A stretch of DNA of 13,703 bases, taken from assembly GCA_054661495.1 (NCBI GenBank), contig BAAFSQ010000265.1, positions 1-13,703 of the forward strand. Direction: 5' to 3'. The notes beneath the pieces are model-generated. The model worked only from the letters and a program-made list of their open reading frames with translations. It made no database searches and was not told where the DNA came from. This DNA comes from Zygophlyctis sp. KS116. Taxonomy: Eukaryota; Fungi; Chytridiomycota. How positions within the stretch are numbered: position 1 is the stretch's first letter; each line of letters starts with the position of its first letter. The translations under genes were made by a program, and so were the position numbers. Below, piece after piece: positions 1 to 12,058 of this stretch.

Positions 1-247
1 GAAAGGGACAGTGAATTTGGGATTACTGTTTAATCCTAAAAATAGCACCTTAGTTGGATACTCAGATGCCGACTGGGCAGGTGATCTCGATAGTCGAAGA
101 TCAACAACGGGTTACCTATTTGAGATAGGTGGAGTACCTGTGTCATGGAAGTCGAAGAGACAAGCTACAGTTGCTTTATCAACAGCTGAAGCAGAATACA
201 TGGCGTTGTCTGCTGCAACACAAGAAGTAATTTGGCTCAGAAATTTT
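1..247 (+). mobile_element. Ty1/Copia retrotransposon fragment (end of RT plus N-terminal half of RNase H), truncated
   Basis: Translation [10 protein letters not shown]...[23 protein letters not shown]...[34 protein letters not shown] matches the Copia-type RNase HI signature. Similarity stops at about 241-250 and the C-terminal half of the domain is missing. The element runs off the left edge of the window. Confidence 0.93.
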
Positions 248-901
248 AGAGTACAAGTAGATAATGGAGCCGATTATTCCATTATTTGTCGCTCTCTAGT
301 AAATGATCTTCATTTAAACACTATTGATTTAGAAAAAGCAATTACCTTACAAGGAATCAGAGGTCCTGGTTTTTCTGCTCAACAATGCGCTCATATTAGC
401 TTACTACTTGACCAAGGTGAAATCTTGCATCCCTTCATAATTATTGATGATCCATCTTGCCCATTACTTATCGGAATTGATTTCTTAAAGAAATTTAATG
501 CGCAATTAGATTATTGTACAGATACGATAACTCTCGAATCTAAGGAAGTGAATTTAAAGCTTCAATTATTCACCGCTTCCGAGGCTAAAACAGTTTGTGA
601 TATTGATGATGATGATGATAATGATGAAAACGAAGAATCAGTATTTGCGTATAAATCAATGCTGAACTTTATACATGAGAAAGTGGAAGTAGAGGAACCA
701 ATTCAAGAACCTGACGTAAAACAACTTCTTAGCAACCTTCATTTCCCCATTTGGCATCTTTAAATTTAACGTAATGCCTTTCGGATTAACTAATGCCTTG
801 CACACTTTTGTCGCATGATGCAGTCGATTTTTGCAGATCTTGTACATGAAATGTTAATCATTTACCTAGATGATCTATGCATAGCTTCTGTAAACCTCTA
901 A
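248..901 (+). pseudogene. Degraded Gypsy aspartic protease plus partial reverse transcriptase
   Basis: Protease-like [12 protein letters not shown] (DNG at 260-268 where D-S/T-G is canonical) and LLIGIDFL, then an acidic linker. A frame-changing jump at about 733-735 leads directly into [21 protein letters not shown], so the RT N-terminus is absent. There is a 1-nt frameshift near 797, YLDD at 863-874, and an in-frame TAA at 899-901. Confidence 0.88.
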
Positions 902-2824
902 GAACACATAAAAAGCCTCAGAATTGTCTTTGAACGATTACAAAAATATGACATTAAACTCAAATTTAAGAAATGCACCTTTCTCGAAAATGAATTTGTT
1001 TATTTGGGTTTCTTAGTGAAAGATGGATTTTTAGCTCCTAATCCGATTAAATTAAAGTGTTTACTCCTAAAAGAACCTCCAAAAAATACAAAAGAGTTAC
1101 GTTCAATTCTCGGATTGTTTGGTTACTTTCGGAAATTCATAAACAACTATACTGAAATTATACGCCCTTTACAACAACTCTTAAAATCCAAATATTTCAT
1201 CTGGGATACAACTTGTACTTTGACCTTTAACAAAATCAAGGAGATTCTAACCTCCGAGCCACTCTTGAAATTACCAGATTTTAATCTTCCTTTTATAATT
1301 TCATGCGATGCCTCAGGGTATGGTATCGGCGCCGTACTAGAACAATCTGGTCATCCTATTAGTTACTATTCTCGAAAATTACAAAATCATGAACTTAACT
1401 ATACTAACTATGAAAAGGAAGCGCTCGCCGTCGTCACTGCTGTTGAAGAATTTCATAAGTATCTCTTGCATGCCACTACCTTAGTCTGGACTGATAATTC
1501 CGCTGTTGCTTCTATTCTGAATACACCTCAACCCAATGGACGAATTTTACGTTGGATCAGCTTTCTTAGTTCGTTCGATCTTGAAATTCGACATAGAAGT
1601 GGTAAACACAATGCAGCCGCCGATTATCTCTCACGACATCCTATCAACCTAGTTAAAACAATAGACATTGATACTCAATTGGCACAAATCCATGAACGGT
1701 TATTATCAAACCAATATGTTTTCAAAGATTATTTGTTAATTGATAATGCCTTATTCTATCGAAAAGGAGCGAATTCTATTCTGAAATTGATAATGACACA
1801 ACAAGACTTAAATCATCTTCTCCACTTTATACATGATCAATTAGGTCATCCATCTCTTCAGTCTAGTTATCATTGGATATCTACTAGGTTCTATCGCCCT
1901 AAACTCTATTCTGCTGTCAAAACTTACATTGATTCTTGTCACATTTGTCAACTTAATTCTCCACGAAAACCCAAGTATGATTTCTCTGGTTCATTAGGTG
2001 TTTCTGGCTTATTTTTAGCCTGGAGTATTGATTTCCTTGGTCCATGGCCTATTACATCAAGTGGTCACTCTTACATTTTTATAGCTGTTGAACACCTTTC
2101 TCGGTATCCTGTCGCCATTCCCTGTAAAAATGTTACTGGAGCTACTGCCGCACAACTCGTCTTGAATTTCATTATCTGTAATTTCGGCACCCCGACGTCC
2201 ATCTACTTAGATGCCGGAACTAGCTTTACTTGTCATTATTTTCGTAACTTCCTTCAAACATGGCACATTGAACCTTATTTTTCCCCACCTGGCTCTCATG
2301 AACTCAATGGTATCGCTGAACGAATGTGTGGCACCATCCGCTTAGAATTAACTCGCTCTGTGCACTCTCAATGGTCTAAATGGGATACTTTCTTGCCCAA
2401 CATTGTTCTCGGCCTCCGATCTCACCTTACAAAATCCACCGGTCGTACTCCTTTTTCTCTTTTATATGGCTTTGAACCACGTCTCCCAGTTGACAGTTCA
2501 TTTATTCCTCGTGATTTACATCCTGCTCTGCGTCTTATTGAAATCTCTACGATTCCCGGTAAACGTCTCTCTCTCTGCAAACCCACCGTTCGTGGCCATT
2601 CACCCACTTTTCCTCTTCACTCTCTTGTGCTAGTTCAACGCAACCGCAAGAAACACAAAACCGACCTTTCTTATCTGGGACCCTTTCGTATTCTGGACCA
2701 GTTTCCTCATCATTTTTATTCTATGGTTGCTAAAAATGGGAAACTTAAAACGTTTCATCTCAGTCGCCTCATTCCTTATCATCCTCGACCTGCCGCTTTC
2801 TTTGAGGGGGGGAGTGTTGGATAG
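902..2824 (+). CDS. Open remainder of Gypsy pol: RT C-terminus, RNase H, integrase
   Basis: Uninterrupted frame after TAA 899-901. RNase H motifs CDASGYGIGAVL, EKEALAVV and WTDN. Integrase HHCC (IHDQLGH...CHIC), DDE (SIDFLGP, YLDAG, GIAER) and GPF motif (YLGPFRI). The first in-frame ATG is at 1793. Confidence 0.9.
   Translation, partial: EHIKSLRIVFERLQKYDIKLKFKKCTFLENEFVYLGFLVKDGFLAPNPIKLKCLLLKEPPKNTKELRSILGLFGYFRKFINNYTEIIRPLQQLLKSKYFIWDTTCTLTFNKIKEILTSEPLLKLPDFNLPFIISCDASGYGIGAVLEQSGHPISYYSRKLQNHELNYTNYEKEALAVVTAVEEFHKYLLHATTLVWTDNSAVASILNTPQPNGRILRWISFLSSFDLEIRHRSGKHNAAADYLSRHPINLVKTIDIDTQLAQIHERLLSNQYVFKDYLLIDNALFYRKGANSILKLIMTQQDLNHLLHFIHDQLGHPSLQSSYHWISTRFYRPKLYSAVKTYIDSCHICQLNSPRKPKYDFSGSLGVSGLFLAWSIDFLGPWPITSSGHSYIFIAVEHLSRYPVAIPCKNVTGATAAQLVLNFIICNFGTPTSIYLDAGTSFTCHYFRNFLQTWHIEPYFSPPGSHELNGIAERMCGTIRLELTRSVHSQWSKWDTFLPNIVLGLRSHLTKSTGRTPFSLLYGFEPRLPVDSSFIPRDLHPALRLIEISTIPGKRLSLCKPTVRGHSPTFPLHSLVLVQRNRKKHKTDLSYLGPFRILDQFPHHFYSMVAKNGKLKTFHLSRLIPYHPRPAAFFEGGSVG
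2804..2814 (+). other. Polypurine tract (PPT)
   Basis: GAGGGGGGGAG at the end of the integrase, immediately followed by TGTTGG. Confidence 0.9.
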
Positions 2825-3031
2825 CAGTTACTGAATGCACTTTATTGATTCATGATTGATCATTATTTAGGAAATATTCTTAATGTTGACGTCACTCATA
2901 TTATTATTTGATCTCATTCTAGAGGAATTAATAAAGGATATAAATTGAAATACATTGGCCTTTATTTTCTAATCCAGAAGTTCTATTATTATATATAAGA
3001 GTTAGAGTAAACCAAGCAAATAACACCAACA
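2815..3031 (+). repeat. 3' LTR (217 bp)
   Basis: Starts TGTTGG right after the PPT and ends CCAACA (3026-3031), a perfect 6-bp terminal inverted repeat. TATA-like TATATATAAG at 2990-2999. The partner LTR and target-site duplication cannot be checked in this window. Confidence 0.8.
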
Positions 3032-3049
3032 AAGTCTCTGCCACCGCTA

Positions 3050-3164
3050 ATGATGTAGTAAAATTTAGACATAAATACTGAAAGATAGTTTAAGTATCAG
3101 TATAACTTATAATGTAATGTCAAGTTGAATCATTGCTTGAAAGTCGTGTCCGGAAGCTTTCCTT
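3050..3164 (+). repeat. Inverted duplicate of 7811-7937 (copy A)
   Basis: Matches the reverse complement of 7811-7937 at 113/115 aligned bases (differences at 3100 and 3113), with one 12-bp gap (TAAATATAGAAG) between 3076 and 3077. Confidence 0.95.
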
Positions 3165-3421
3165 TGCCAAAATAAAACTTGTTTCGTCGATTAAGTGACA
3201 GCCCATATCCTGACACAAAACCTTTTTTTTTATTTCAATCATAAAAGTTGAAAAAAGAAAATTTACAGTGAGAGTTGAACTTGCGTCATGAGAAATTTTG
3301 TCGCTTACAATCTTTCAAGTTTGAAACTGTCAGGTTCTCACTAGCACTAGGTCCAATATTTAAACCTGAATAGAAAATTTTAAACCTTTATTACTCAAAA
3401 GCAAAAGCCTAGGTTGTAATT

Positions 3422-5812
<2,391 letters not shown>

Positions 5813-5899
5813 CTCAAAGACGGATGATGTCGACAACTTTTCTCCGATTCGACCTTTTCATGATAATTATTAAACGAATGCAAAGCAACATGACTGATT

Positions 5900-7800
5900 T
5901 TATTTAAATTTATCTTCTTGGAAATGCAGAGACACCTGGATATTTCCCCAATCTTTGATCTTATGCATGACCCACCTTAGAGATAAAGGTTTAATAAGAA
6001 AATCATTACATCCAGCCTTAAGAGCATCATCATATTCCATATCTAATAAACAAGCTGTCTGTGCAATAATAATCGTTTTAAAAGTTCCTGGTATGGACTT
6101 TTCAAACTTTCTAATTTCAGCTGTTGCTTGAATCCCATCCATTTCTGGCATGATTAGATCCATAAGAATAATATCGTGTCTTTTAGATTTGTATATCTCT
6201 AAAGCATCTTTTCCAGTCGTTACAACATCATGTTTAATATGATTTTGGCGCAGAAAGTTTGAAAGAATTGTCCGATTGGTTAAGTCATCTAATTATTAAA
6301 ATATTTCAAGTATTACCATCTACAACTAGAATTTGGATATTTGCTAGATCTTGGACCAACTTCTTTAATTCACCTTGTGGCTCATTCACATCTTGTGTGA
6401 AAGCGCCGAAAGGAGGAGTTTCATTCATCATTCTTATGACAATATTTCCTCTATGTGATTCAGTGAAGTGATCATCACAATGTCTCAAAATAGATAGTAA
6501 GCGTTCAGGCCCACACGTACAACATGTTAATGCGACATACGGTTTTTTTTCAGATATTTCTACTTCTTCACATCTAATATTAAAAATATCATCTTACAGA
6601 CAATATAATTTCGCAGATACTTGCTTATAATTCACCAATGATGTAACGACAATCACATACTTAAACAGTGTTTTCAGAATAGCTTGTTTCAATATAGCCG
6701 CCAAGTTATCTACATCTTCAATTATTATCAGATGATGCCTATATTTATGGGTATTGTCATCACGGCTTAATTCTAATAATCTATCTACGATTTCTTCTTT
6801 CTCAGATGTCTGTATGCAACTTGCGTCTGCATTCCAAAATTTTAAATACTTTTGTAACTGTTGAATTGATTTTGATCTTTTGCTAGATATCAAAACAGCC
6901 TTGAAAAGTCTTATGTTTTTGGTAAAGAGCATTCTTTCATACTATCAATAAGATCGTTTAAGATACCAATGTATACGGCATTTGTCCTGGGATTTCAAAG
7001 TATCCAATCGTTTTTGACACATTGTCGAATTGAATCCCAAAGCATGGCAAATGAAGTTCTAAATGATGTGAGTTATCGCTGAAAGAAACAATAGAGCCGT
7101 TTTTCGACGAAAGAATTCTTGTGTAATATTCATCCAATGGTTGTACAACATCACAATCTTTGTTTCCTTTATATTTTACCTGGAATATCATTTTCATCTT
7201 TGATCGTATCGATGCTGATAAGTAGTGCTCCATATCTGGTGTAAGTGAAGTTTCAAATTGAACATCTTTTACTTCAACCTTAAGCTCTAAATCAGTTCCT
7301 TCTTTTGCCAGCCCAATCACAGATGATACAAATTGAAGTAATATTTGTCTTAGAAAATCTAGATCGTAAAATGCTAGATATAATTCTCCTCCCAAGTTTC
7401 TGTATGGATTTTCGAGAATAATATCAATGTTTTTGGATGATGCATATATTGAAAGCATATCTCCTACTTCCTGATTTAGATCCCCTGGATTAAAAAACGT
7501 GTCCGATTTTATTCCCGGAAGAACCTGGGTCCCATATTTCACTACATTCCTAAAACAATCAATTCTTCCTGCCATTTGCCTGAAGAATTTTGCACATACA
7601 GAAAATGTATGAACATTATCTCCAATACTCTGTTCAAAAGATGATCCCAACATGGCATTTTCAACAAAGCTTTGTGCAGTAGCCATTATATGCGATGTAT
7701 CATCAAAAAATGCATTCAGAATTTCAGACATGTTTTGCTCAGCATCTTTTGAAATAGTTAATGGTTCTTTGATCTCATTGCTTTTGATAGACTTTAGCAT
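5900..7800 (-). CDS. SSK1: Ssk1-like two-component response regulator, 4 exons, about 607 aa from ATG 7800 (true start uncertain)
   Basis: C-terminal receiver ILVVDDD...IILMDLIMPEMDGIQAT...IIIAQTA...AGCNDFLIKPLSLRWVMHKIKDWG, with the W-x3-K-I-x2-WG tail typical of fungal Ssk1/Mcs4. Introns: 6942-6966 (25 nt), 6574-6597 (24), 6289-6316 (28). The frame stays open upstream to 7857 without another ATG. Confidence 0.8.
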
Positions 7801-7810
7801 TTTAGAGGAG

Positions 7811-7937
7811 AAGGAAAGCTTCCGGACACGACTTTCAAGCAATGATTCAACTTGACATTACTTTATAAGTTATAGTGATACTTAAACTATCTTTCAGTCT
7901 TCTATATTTAATTTATGTCTAAATTTTACTACATCAT
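7811..7937 (-). repeat. Inverted duplicate (copy B), upstream of SSK1-like and in the region shared with the divergent LRR gene
   Basis: Its reverse complement aligns to 3050-3164 (2 substitutions, one 12-bp indel). Confidence 0.95.
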
Positions 7938-8022
7938 ATAATCGGACTCTTGCAAGAATCTCGCACTTCACGTCACTTCATGTTAGAACAATGGCATTGC
8001 GTATACGTTCATAAAATAAGCA

Positions 8023-9374
8023 ATGCATCATTCATCTCTCAAGATCGCTCTATTAGCCTTCACTGTCGGTTTGTTGATCGACGGAGTAGAATCTCAGGCT
8101 ACTAATTGTAATTCAAATTCTCATGATTGCTGTTGGGTTGTCCAAATTTGGCAAAAGATGGGGAAAACAACTTCAGCGAAATCTACAGATAATAGCTGCT
8201 GTTCAAAGACGATAAAAGGTGTGACTTGTGACTGACTCTACAAAATCCAAAGTCATTGAAATTGAATGGGACAATTTAGGTCTACAAGGAAATATTCCTC
8301 CAGAGATTGGAAATTTGACCAATTTGACAAGTTTGTATAAAGAATTAAATATTTATGACTAGATGGATTCAAGCAAATCAGTTATCAGGAGAAATACCTG
8401 CAGAAGTTGGAAAATTGGTAAATTTGGAAAAAATGCTGTAATATTCTGAAGTCTGATTATTCAGTTGTCTTAGTCTAAATGGTCTAAGTGGCCCACTCCC
8501 ACAAGGAATCGAAAATATGACCAATTTGAAAGAGCTGTACGATGATTTAAGTTTTAAAATTTTAGCTGGATGGGTGGAAATCAACTATCGGGACCAATAC
8601 CTGCAGGAATCACAAAATTGAAAAAATTAGAGATCATGTAATTTTAAAAGTTTGATTTTTAGCAGCTTAAGAACCAATAATTTTAACGGAGCAATTCCCC
8701 CTTTTATTGGAACAATGCCGAATCTTAAAACACTGTAAATCAACTCATAGTAATTTCAAGTTATCTCCGTAAAAATCCCAATCTTAAAGGAAATTTACAC
8801 CTTAAATGTGGATTGAAAACGTACGTATTGATTATTTGAAAAGAACAGAGATGCATTGGAAACTGCCATAAAGTTATGTGGCTGTGGAGCTTCTACATCC
8901 CTTGCTTCTGGGTTTTTGCCATACAATACAGCAGACGAATGTCTTGCCAGTGGAACGGTATGGGAATCGCTCAACAAAAGGGCACAAGTTTTTTCACATG
9001 CTGTGAACGGCTTTGTTTACACATGTAATAAAGATAGGGAAGAGAATCCATACCAGGATTGTTTGAATGCTCTGACTCACTTTTGTAACCCAGAAAAGTA
9101 TTCAGCACAGGCCTGCAAGGAAAAAGTAGACGAGATGTTCAATCAGTTAAATATATTTTACAGAGATTTAAGAGCAAAATGCGGTTGCTGGAAGTTTAAC
9201 ACACCACGACCGCTCTCATCATTAAAGAATTGCGATGAAGCTGCAACAAAGTTGCAAAAATTTGGCAGTTTTTACGACTTGGACAGAAAACAAATCACAG
9301 TTCCTAAAGCATTAATTGGCTCTGCAAAGAACTTTTTATGGGACAACCCATTTCTAACTTCGTCTTGCACTTGA
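8023..9374 (+). pseudogene. Secreted leucine-rich-repeat protein with Cys-rich C-terminal domain, frameshifted by a 4-bp duplication (about 394 aa if repaired)
   Basis: Hydrophobic signal-like N-terminus, a Cys-rich cap ending CC...GVTC, and five plant-type LRRs (NxLSGxIPxxxGxLxNLxxL) plus a partial sixth. Introns: 8335-8362 (28 nt), 8438-8464 (27), 8537-8565 (29), 8638-8662 (25), 8735-8760 (26), 8821-8848 (28), all phase 2. GACTGACT at 8230-8237 creates TGA at 8233-8235. Confidence 0.85.
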
Positions 9375-9510
9375 ATTATTGCTTAAATATAAATTTTTTT
9401 ATATTATTACTGGGTTATTGTTATAGTCTATATATCCAAATATGAAATGCTCGGCATTAATTAGACTTGTGTTAAATACAAAACATTATGAGGTCTGCGC
9501 ATATATATGA

Positions 9511-10799
9511 TCATGCCGTTGCAATCCATAGCATCAAAAGTATTGTAACTAGCAACATTATAAGTCCAGCATAGTTTTTTGTTGACGCCACTTTTTCTTC
9601 TTTTATATGAAAACTGGAAGAAATCAAGTCTTCTAGTCCCGTCATTTCCTATTTTTAGATCATATTACGTACACTCGGAGGGACAAAAGTCGGCCGCTTA
9701 ATTTCAAAAGGACTAGAGTCTGGCCTTGATAAATTTGGTCCTAGATTTATTGCAGAGCTTTTGATTTTAGGATTTGGATTGTTCATGAATGCAGTTTTTG
9801 CCCAAGATTTTGGATTTATCATTCTAGGATTAGAATCCAATCGCACTGGAGTTGGGTTAACGTCAGCTTTACTATTCTGAAATGATGATATATGCCAAGG
9901 AACGCTTACTGGCTCTCCAACTTTTGCATTAAATATTCCAGATTTTGATTTTACAGTCTCCTGAGAAAGTCTTAAATCATTTAAAGACACTGGTTCACTT
10001 TCAAGAGTCCTATTAGTATCAATAGTCCTGTTAGAATCTATAAACCCATAGTCCATATCATCGCATTGAGTTCCCCTTGAATTCCCCAAAAGTTTTATAG
10101 AAGTTGGTGGAAAGTATTTTTCAACTTTTTTGGTTTTTAGTGAATAAATTAGAAGAATTATTAATCCAATCTACACATTAAATATTCAAAATCACTTACA
10201 ATAACACAATCGTTTACGAATTTGGAAAACTTGAACAAGTCATAGAAAAGACCTAAAGCTACGCCGAAAACGAGTCCTACACCAGCAGTTTGGGGAGACA
10301 CTAAACGTCCTACAGAAGCTACAGTTTTTGGATCAGCATTTTTCTTGACCATTGACCATAATCTTTTATTCACCTTTAACAGTTTTCTTTCTACATTTGG
10401 CAAACAATTATTACAAACCAATGGATATCTAGATTCCAAATCTTTTTTGTATTTTGAAGAATTCCTCGATAAAATTTCAAAGTCCGAATCTTCCTCTTGA
10501 GGTAAATAATTCGCCATTATTTGCATTACTATTGTCTGATTCCGAATGCATTCATTACAAAAACTAGAGTCAGTCGAAGCGGTCGATGCATTCAAATTCT
10601 TTAAAGAACTTGTGAGCGCTTGAGAACTGAAAGAGTTCATGACGATTTTAGACGGCGGATCTTTGTAAAATCCATTTAAATCAAAAAAACTCCAAGAATT
10701 ACAAAAATCACAATATCCTTTCTGCAGGTTCCCATTATGAGGATAATATTCTAGAGCCTTTTTTAAAATAGCTCCACATCCATGGCACTCTTTTGCCAT
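9511..10799 (-). CDS. IMA1: Ima1/TMEM201(Samp1)-like inner nuclear membrane protein, 3 exons, about 411 aa
   Basis: Four CxxC pairs (CHGC, CDFC, FCNECIRNQ, YPLVCNNC) with ANYLP, typical of the Ima1 N-terminal domain. Also hydrophobic segments, PTFVPPSEMTGLEDL and a C-terminal TM-like stretch. Introns: 10171-10199 (29 nt) and 9649-9672 (24). TGA at 9511-9513. Confidence 0.85.
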
Positions 10800-11102
10800 T
10801 TTTCATTCGGAGTTTAGGTCACACGCTCATTGTCTTGGGGCACCCTCCAATCGCATTATTGAATATTGTTTACTGAAAAATAACATACTAAATCATCATC
10901 ATTTAAAACTATTTAAACATTGTTTACTTGCAATATGGCTGATTCTTGGGTTTCATGGGCTGATTTTAATTAAGAGTATACTTTTGTCTATTTTACAGAG
11001 TTCGGACATCCGCCCAAATGTATTATCCGGTTTCGTCGGCAGATTAAATTTAATGAATATTCTTAATTTTATTGATGCACTAGTATCTAATAAAATAAAG
11101 AA

Positions 11103-12058
11103 TTATTGATTTATTTCCAATACTTGATTATTGACAAGCGTATTCTGATCAGCGTCCATGGTTCCAGCTTCAGATGCATCATCTTCATTTTGTAGTAAAG
11201 GATCTTCTTCTCCAATTGTTCCAGACTTTTTAAAAGTAAGAATTAAACAAACAGATAAAAGAGCTGCTTGTAAGACTCCAGAGATTAAATATGATACGTA
11301 TGAAGTCCAATTTGAGCCTGGCGTAGAATATAATGAAATTACTAATAAAAATGATCCTGGAACTTGTAATGACATTGTACCTAGAATAAGCCGATGCAAA
11401 GAATACCAATGGATAAAGATCCTATTTCTCTAGAGAATATAGTGTAAACCAATTGTGGGAAGAATTGGATAATTCCACAAAATGAGGATATTAGACCAAA
11501 GACCAATGCAATCATTTGAGTAGATTCATATTTCATGGTTAATATTGCAAGAATCACTAAAATAATGCTTACACATAAATACAAGATTGAGAAAAATGCA
11601 TTATTTTTGGTGGTATTCCATATTTTTGATAGATTTTGAGATATTTCATCCAGAGACTCTAGATTTTCTATTTGATCAGAATCATCATCAGTACTAGAAT
11701 GATTCGTTTCTAAACTAGAATGTCCGGACATTTGCGTGAAACGAGGAAAGAAGTGAATGAATAGATAAAACAGATAATGAAAGCATGCAAATTGAATGGC
11801 AATTTCAAGAATAGCAAATAAGTTGGAAATACATTCCAAATTGATAGAATTTATCCCTTTTGTAGAATAAAAACAGTCGATAATACCATAAAATTGTAAT
11901 AATATTAAGTTGGAAAGAGTAGAGACTATGCCTATTGATCCCAAAAGGAAGAAATTGGGAGAAAACCCAAAGGAATTTTGAAGAGAAAATATTCTAATGT
12001 ACTGTGGAAGATACGATACTATCATTCCAATGCATATAAACGCATCTAACAATATCAT
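11103..12058 (-). CDS. PQ-loop repeat membrane protein, 2 exons, about 309 aa
   Basis: Two PQ motifs (SYLPQY, QFFPQL) with multiple hydrophobic helices. Intron 11381-11406 (26 nt) joins IGSLSI-G-TMSLQVPGS in frame. Confidence 0.88.

Larger units (their letters stand above)
248..3031 (+). mobile_element. Ty3/Gypsy LTR retrotransposon, 5'-truncated and internally deleted (PR-RT-RH-IN-PPT-3'LTR)
   Basis: Domain order protease, RT, RNase H, integrase is the Gypsy order. It is followed by a polypurine tract and a TG...CA LTR. No gag or 5' LTR in the window and no chromodomain after the integrase. Confidence 0.92.

Noticed and set aside
605-625. (GAT)n microsatellite
   Set aside because: It simply encodes the poly-Asp linker between protease and RT.
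2403-2633. Short ORFs 2403-2633 (+) and 2422-2607 (-), and 656-847 (-)
   Set aside because: Alternative-frame or antisense shadows of the retrotransposon pol, with no recognisable motifs.
3165-3421. Structured ncRNA, tRNA or ribozyme in the spacer after the inverted repeat
   Set aside because: No cloverleaf, snRNA motif or complete hammerhead core visible by eye. An Infernal/Rfam scan would be needed to exclude it.
5876-5890. RFX/X-box-like half site (AGCAAC) upstream of the ciliary gene DRC1
   Set aside because: Only one half site matches, which is too weak to call.
7851-7937. SSK1 start at ATG 7937 using two additional 31-nt introns
   Set aside because: It restores a frame on paper, but both introns are longer than the usual 24-29 nt and there is no protein-level support. 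Left as start-site uncertainty.
8335-8760. Roughly 100-bp periodicity resembling a CRISPR or tandem array
   Set aside because: Explained by LRR exon+intron units. There are no identical direct repeats and the context is eukaryotic.
10935-11068. Possible micro-gene on the + strand (ATG 10935; intron-like GTATAC...TTACAG at 10976-10998)
   Set aside because: No consistent spliced ORF with recognisable similarity. Such GT...AG words arise readily in AT-rich spacers.
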